From: an uncultured virus (IMG/VR IMGVR_UViG_2061766007_000116)
Taxonomy: Duplodnaviria > Heunggongvirae > Uroviricota > Caudoviricetes
Length of the DNA stretch: 964 nucleotides
Strand: one strand, 5' to 3'
Virus record (IMG/VR): IMGVR_UViG_2061766007_000116
This document shows, piece by piece, positions 1 through 964 of this stretch. How positions within the stretch are numbered: the stretch's first letter is position 1; the number at the start of each line of letters is the position of its first letter. The position numbers and the translations under genes were made by a program. A model generated the notes under the pieces. That model saw nothing but the letters and a program-made list of their open reading frames with translations, searched no databases and had not been told where the DNA came from.

Positions 1-702
1 GCTCCCGAAGGAAGAACACACGCCGCGTGATATCTGGACGGCAGATGTACTGTTCAAGGCGTTAGATCTGTGTGAAAATGACGATCTGAAGCTTGGAATG
101 AACCTGGCATTCTCCTGTACTCTTCGTATGGGGGAGCTGCTCGGGCTGACATGGGATTGTGTTGATATTTCCCAGACCAGTATTGAAAACGGGCAGGCCT
201 ACATTTTTATCAACAAAGAGCTGCAGCGTGTCAACCGGGTCTCCATGGAAACTCTTGGAGATAAGGGTGTCATCCGCCGGTTCCCTCCCGCAATCCGCAG
301 CACGAACACGACTCTTGTATTGAAAGAGCCGAAGACCAAAACCAGCGTGCGGAAGATTTTCCTTCCCAGGACTGTGGCAGAGATGCTGGTCCAGCACAAG
401 AAGGATCAGGAAGAGATCCAGGAACTGTTCGGGGAGGACTATGTGGATTATGGTCTTGTGTTTGCGTCCACGAACGGGAGGCCGGTCGAATCCTCGCACA
501 TGAACAGGCTTTTTTCCGAACTGATCCGGAAGAACGATCTCCCGAAGGTTGTGTTTCACAGTATCCGCCATACCAGCATTACGTATAAGCTGAAGTTGAA
601 CGGCGGGGATATGAAGTCGGTACAGGGCGATTCCGGCCATGCACAGCTGAAGATGGTGGCGGATGTATATTCGCACATTATCGACGATGACCGCTGCCTG
701 AA
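1..702 (+). mobile_element. Probable fragment of an integrative mobile element (ICE/IME/prophage/genomic island); class and boundaries not determinable
   Basis: Inferred only from the integrase, which does not look like housekeeping XerC/XerD (no LLGH..L.TTQIY motif, and a long Arg-to-Lys segment). No att site, target gene, excisionase or cargo is visible. Confidence 0.5.
2..702 (+). CDS. Tyrosine recombinase / site-specific integrase, catalytic C-terminal domain (partial: 5' end outside window, 3' end lost in N gap)
   Basis: Frame 2 has no stop from base 2 to the gap. Upstream of ATG 98 it reads LPKEEHTPRDIWTADVLFKALDLCENDDLKLG. Motifs seen: Box I-like SCTLRMGELLGLTWDCVD (Arg 125-127), patch II EPKTKTSVRKIFLP (Lys 332-334), patch III-like GLVFASTNGRP, H-x-x-R in FHSIRH (His 557-559, Arg 566-568), SGH (His 638-640) and VYSH (Tyr nucleophile 668-670). 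Order and spacing fit the lambda-Int/Phage_integrase (PF00589) superfamily. The PKT..S.R, LVF...G.P and 10-residue His-to-Tyr pattern resembles ICEBs1/Tn916-like integrases of Bacillota; that subfamily call is from recall, not a search. Confidence 0.95.
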
Positions 703-877
703 NNNNNNNNNNNNNNNNNNNNNNNNNNNNNNNNNNNNNNNNNNNNNNNNNNNNNNNNNNNNNNNNNNNNNNNNNNNNNNNNNNNNNNNNNNNNNNNNNN
801 NNNNNNNNNNNNNNNNNNNNNNNNNNNNNNNNNNNNNNNNNNNNNNNNNNNNNNNNNNNNNNNNNNNNNNNNNNNNN
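703..877. other. Assembly gap or masked region (175 N)
   Basis: Directly visible run of N from 703 to 877. The true length and content are unknown, so reading frame cannot be carried across it. Confidence 0.99.
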
Positions 878-912
878 GAAGTATGTGGAACAGCTTCAAT
901 GTGCTGATCGAC

Positions 913-964
913 AGAGGGCAGAATGCTCACAGAGAAATTTGTGAGTGTTCTGCCCTCTTTTTCT
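913..964 (+). terminator. Probable Rho-independent (intrinsic) terminator
   Basis: Left arm 913-933 AGAGGGCAGAATGCTCACAGA pairs with right arm 938-958 TTTGTGAGTGTTCTGCCCTCT. This gives 18 Watson-Crick pairs and 3 G-U pairs (924/947, 925/946, 932/939) around the loop GAAA (934-937). The T-tract TTTTTCT (958-964) runs to the window edge. It is co-oriented with and downstream of the integrase. Confidence 0.8.

Noticed and set aside
199..399. 66-aa minus-strand ORF
   Set aside because: It is short, lies entirely within the integrase on the opposite strand and has no recognisable motif (not excisionase/HTH-like).
62..676. 204-aa minus-strand ORF antisense to the integrase
   Set aside because: Its codons are exactly in register with the integrase codons. 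It stays open simply because the integrase does not use TTA/CTA/TCA here, and it ends at the TTA Leu codon at 62-64. It has no recognisable motif. This is a typical shadow ORF.
2..702. Assignment as xerC/xerD, integron integrase or shufflon invertase
   Set aside because: It lacks the Xer-type Box II consensus. The insertion lies before the catalytic Lys rather than between patches II and III as in IntI. No attC or sfx repeats are visible. No gene symbol is assigned.
893..901. GCTTCAATG (reverse complement CATTGAAGC) resembles the 3' end of some CRISPR repeats
   Set aside because: It is a single 9-mer with no repeat-spacer periodicity, no adjacent repeat-sized palindrome and no cas gene. I cannot exclude that the Ns mask repeats, but nothing visible supports it.
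891..906. CAGC-N8-GCTG mini inverted repeat as a possible recombinase core site
   Set aside because: An 8-bp spacer fits tyrosine recombinase geometry, but 4-bp arms arise readily by chance and there is no second att copy to compare.
878..907. EVCGTASMC-stop as the integrase C-terminus
   Set aside because: It depends on the N run being exactly 175 nt with no stop inside. The other + frames (KYVEQLQCADR..., SMWNSFNVLIDR...) are equally possible and the region may be non-coding. The TGA at 905-907 sits plausibly just before the hairpin but cannot be assigned.
556..930. Minus-strand ORFs 556..930 and 678..899 spanning the gap
   Set aside because: Their length is an artefact of N codons not being read as stops. 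The 930 start also lies inside the hairpin.
878..964. tRNA/tmRNA 3' end, riboswitch, T-box or guide-RNA (tracr/omega/bridge) interpretation of the post-gap region
   Set aside because: There is no T-arm (GTTCGA) or CCA acceptor end, no T-box antiterminator motif, and no associated nuclease or IS110-type gene. A single hairpin with a U-tract is sufficiently explained as a terminator.

Overview
This 964-nt fragment contains a 175-nt run of Ns (703-877). Left of the gap, + strand frame 2 is open from the window edge (2-700, 233 codons) and encodes the catalytic domain of a tyrosine recombinase (phage/ICE-type site-specific integrase). All six catalytic residues (R-K-H-R-H-Y) are present. The gene is truncated at the 5' end by the window edge, so ATG 98 is almost certainly internal, and its true 3' end is hidden by or beyond the gap. 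Right of the gap is a 21-bp hairpin with a GAAA tetraloop and a U-tract (913-964), best read as a + strand intrinsic terminator. The integrase has non-canonical motif variants and a long insertion between the catalytic Arg and Lys. I see no supportable evidence for a previously undescribed system. The window is most simply the integrase end of an integrative mobile element, and too little flanking sequence is present to say more.
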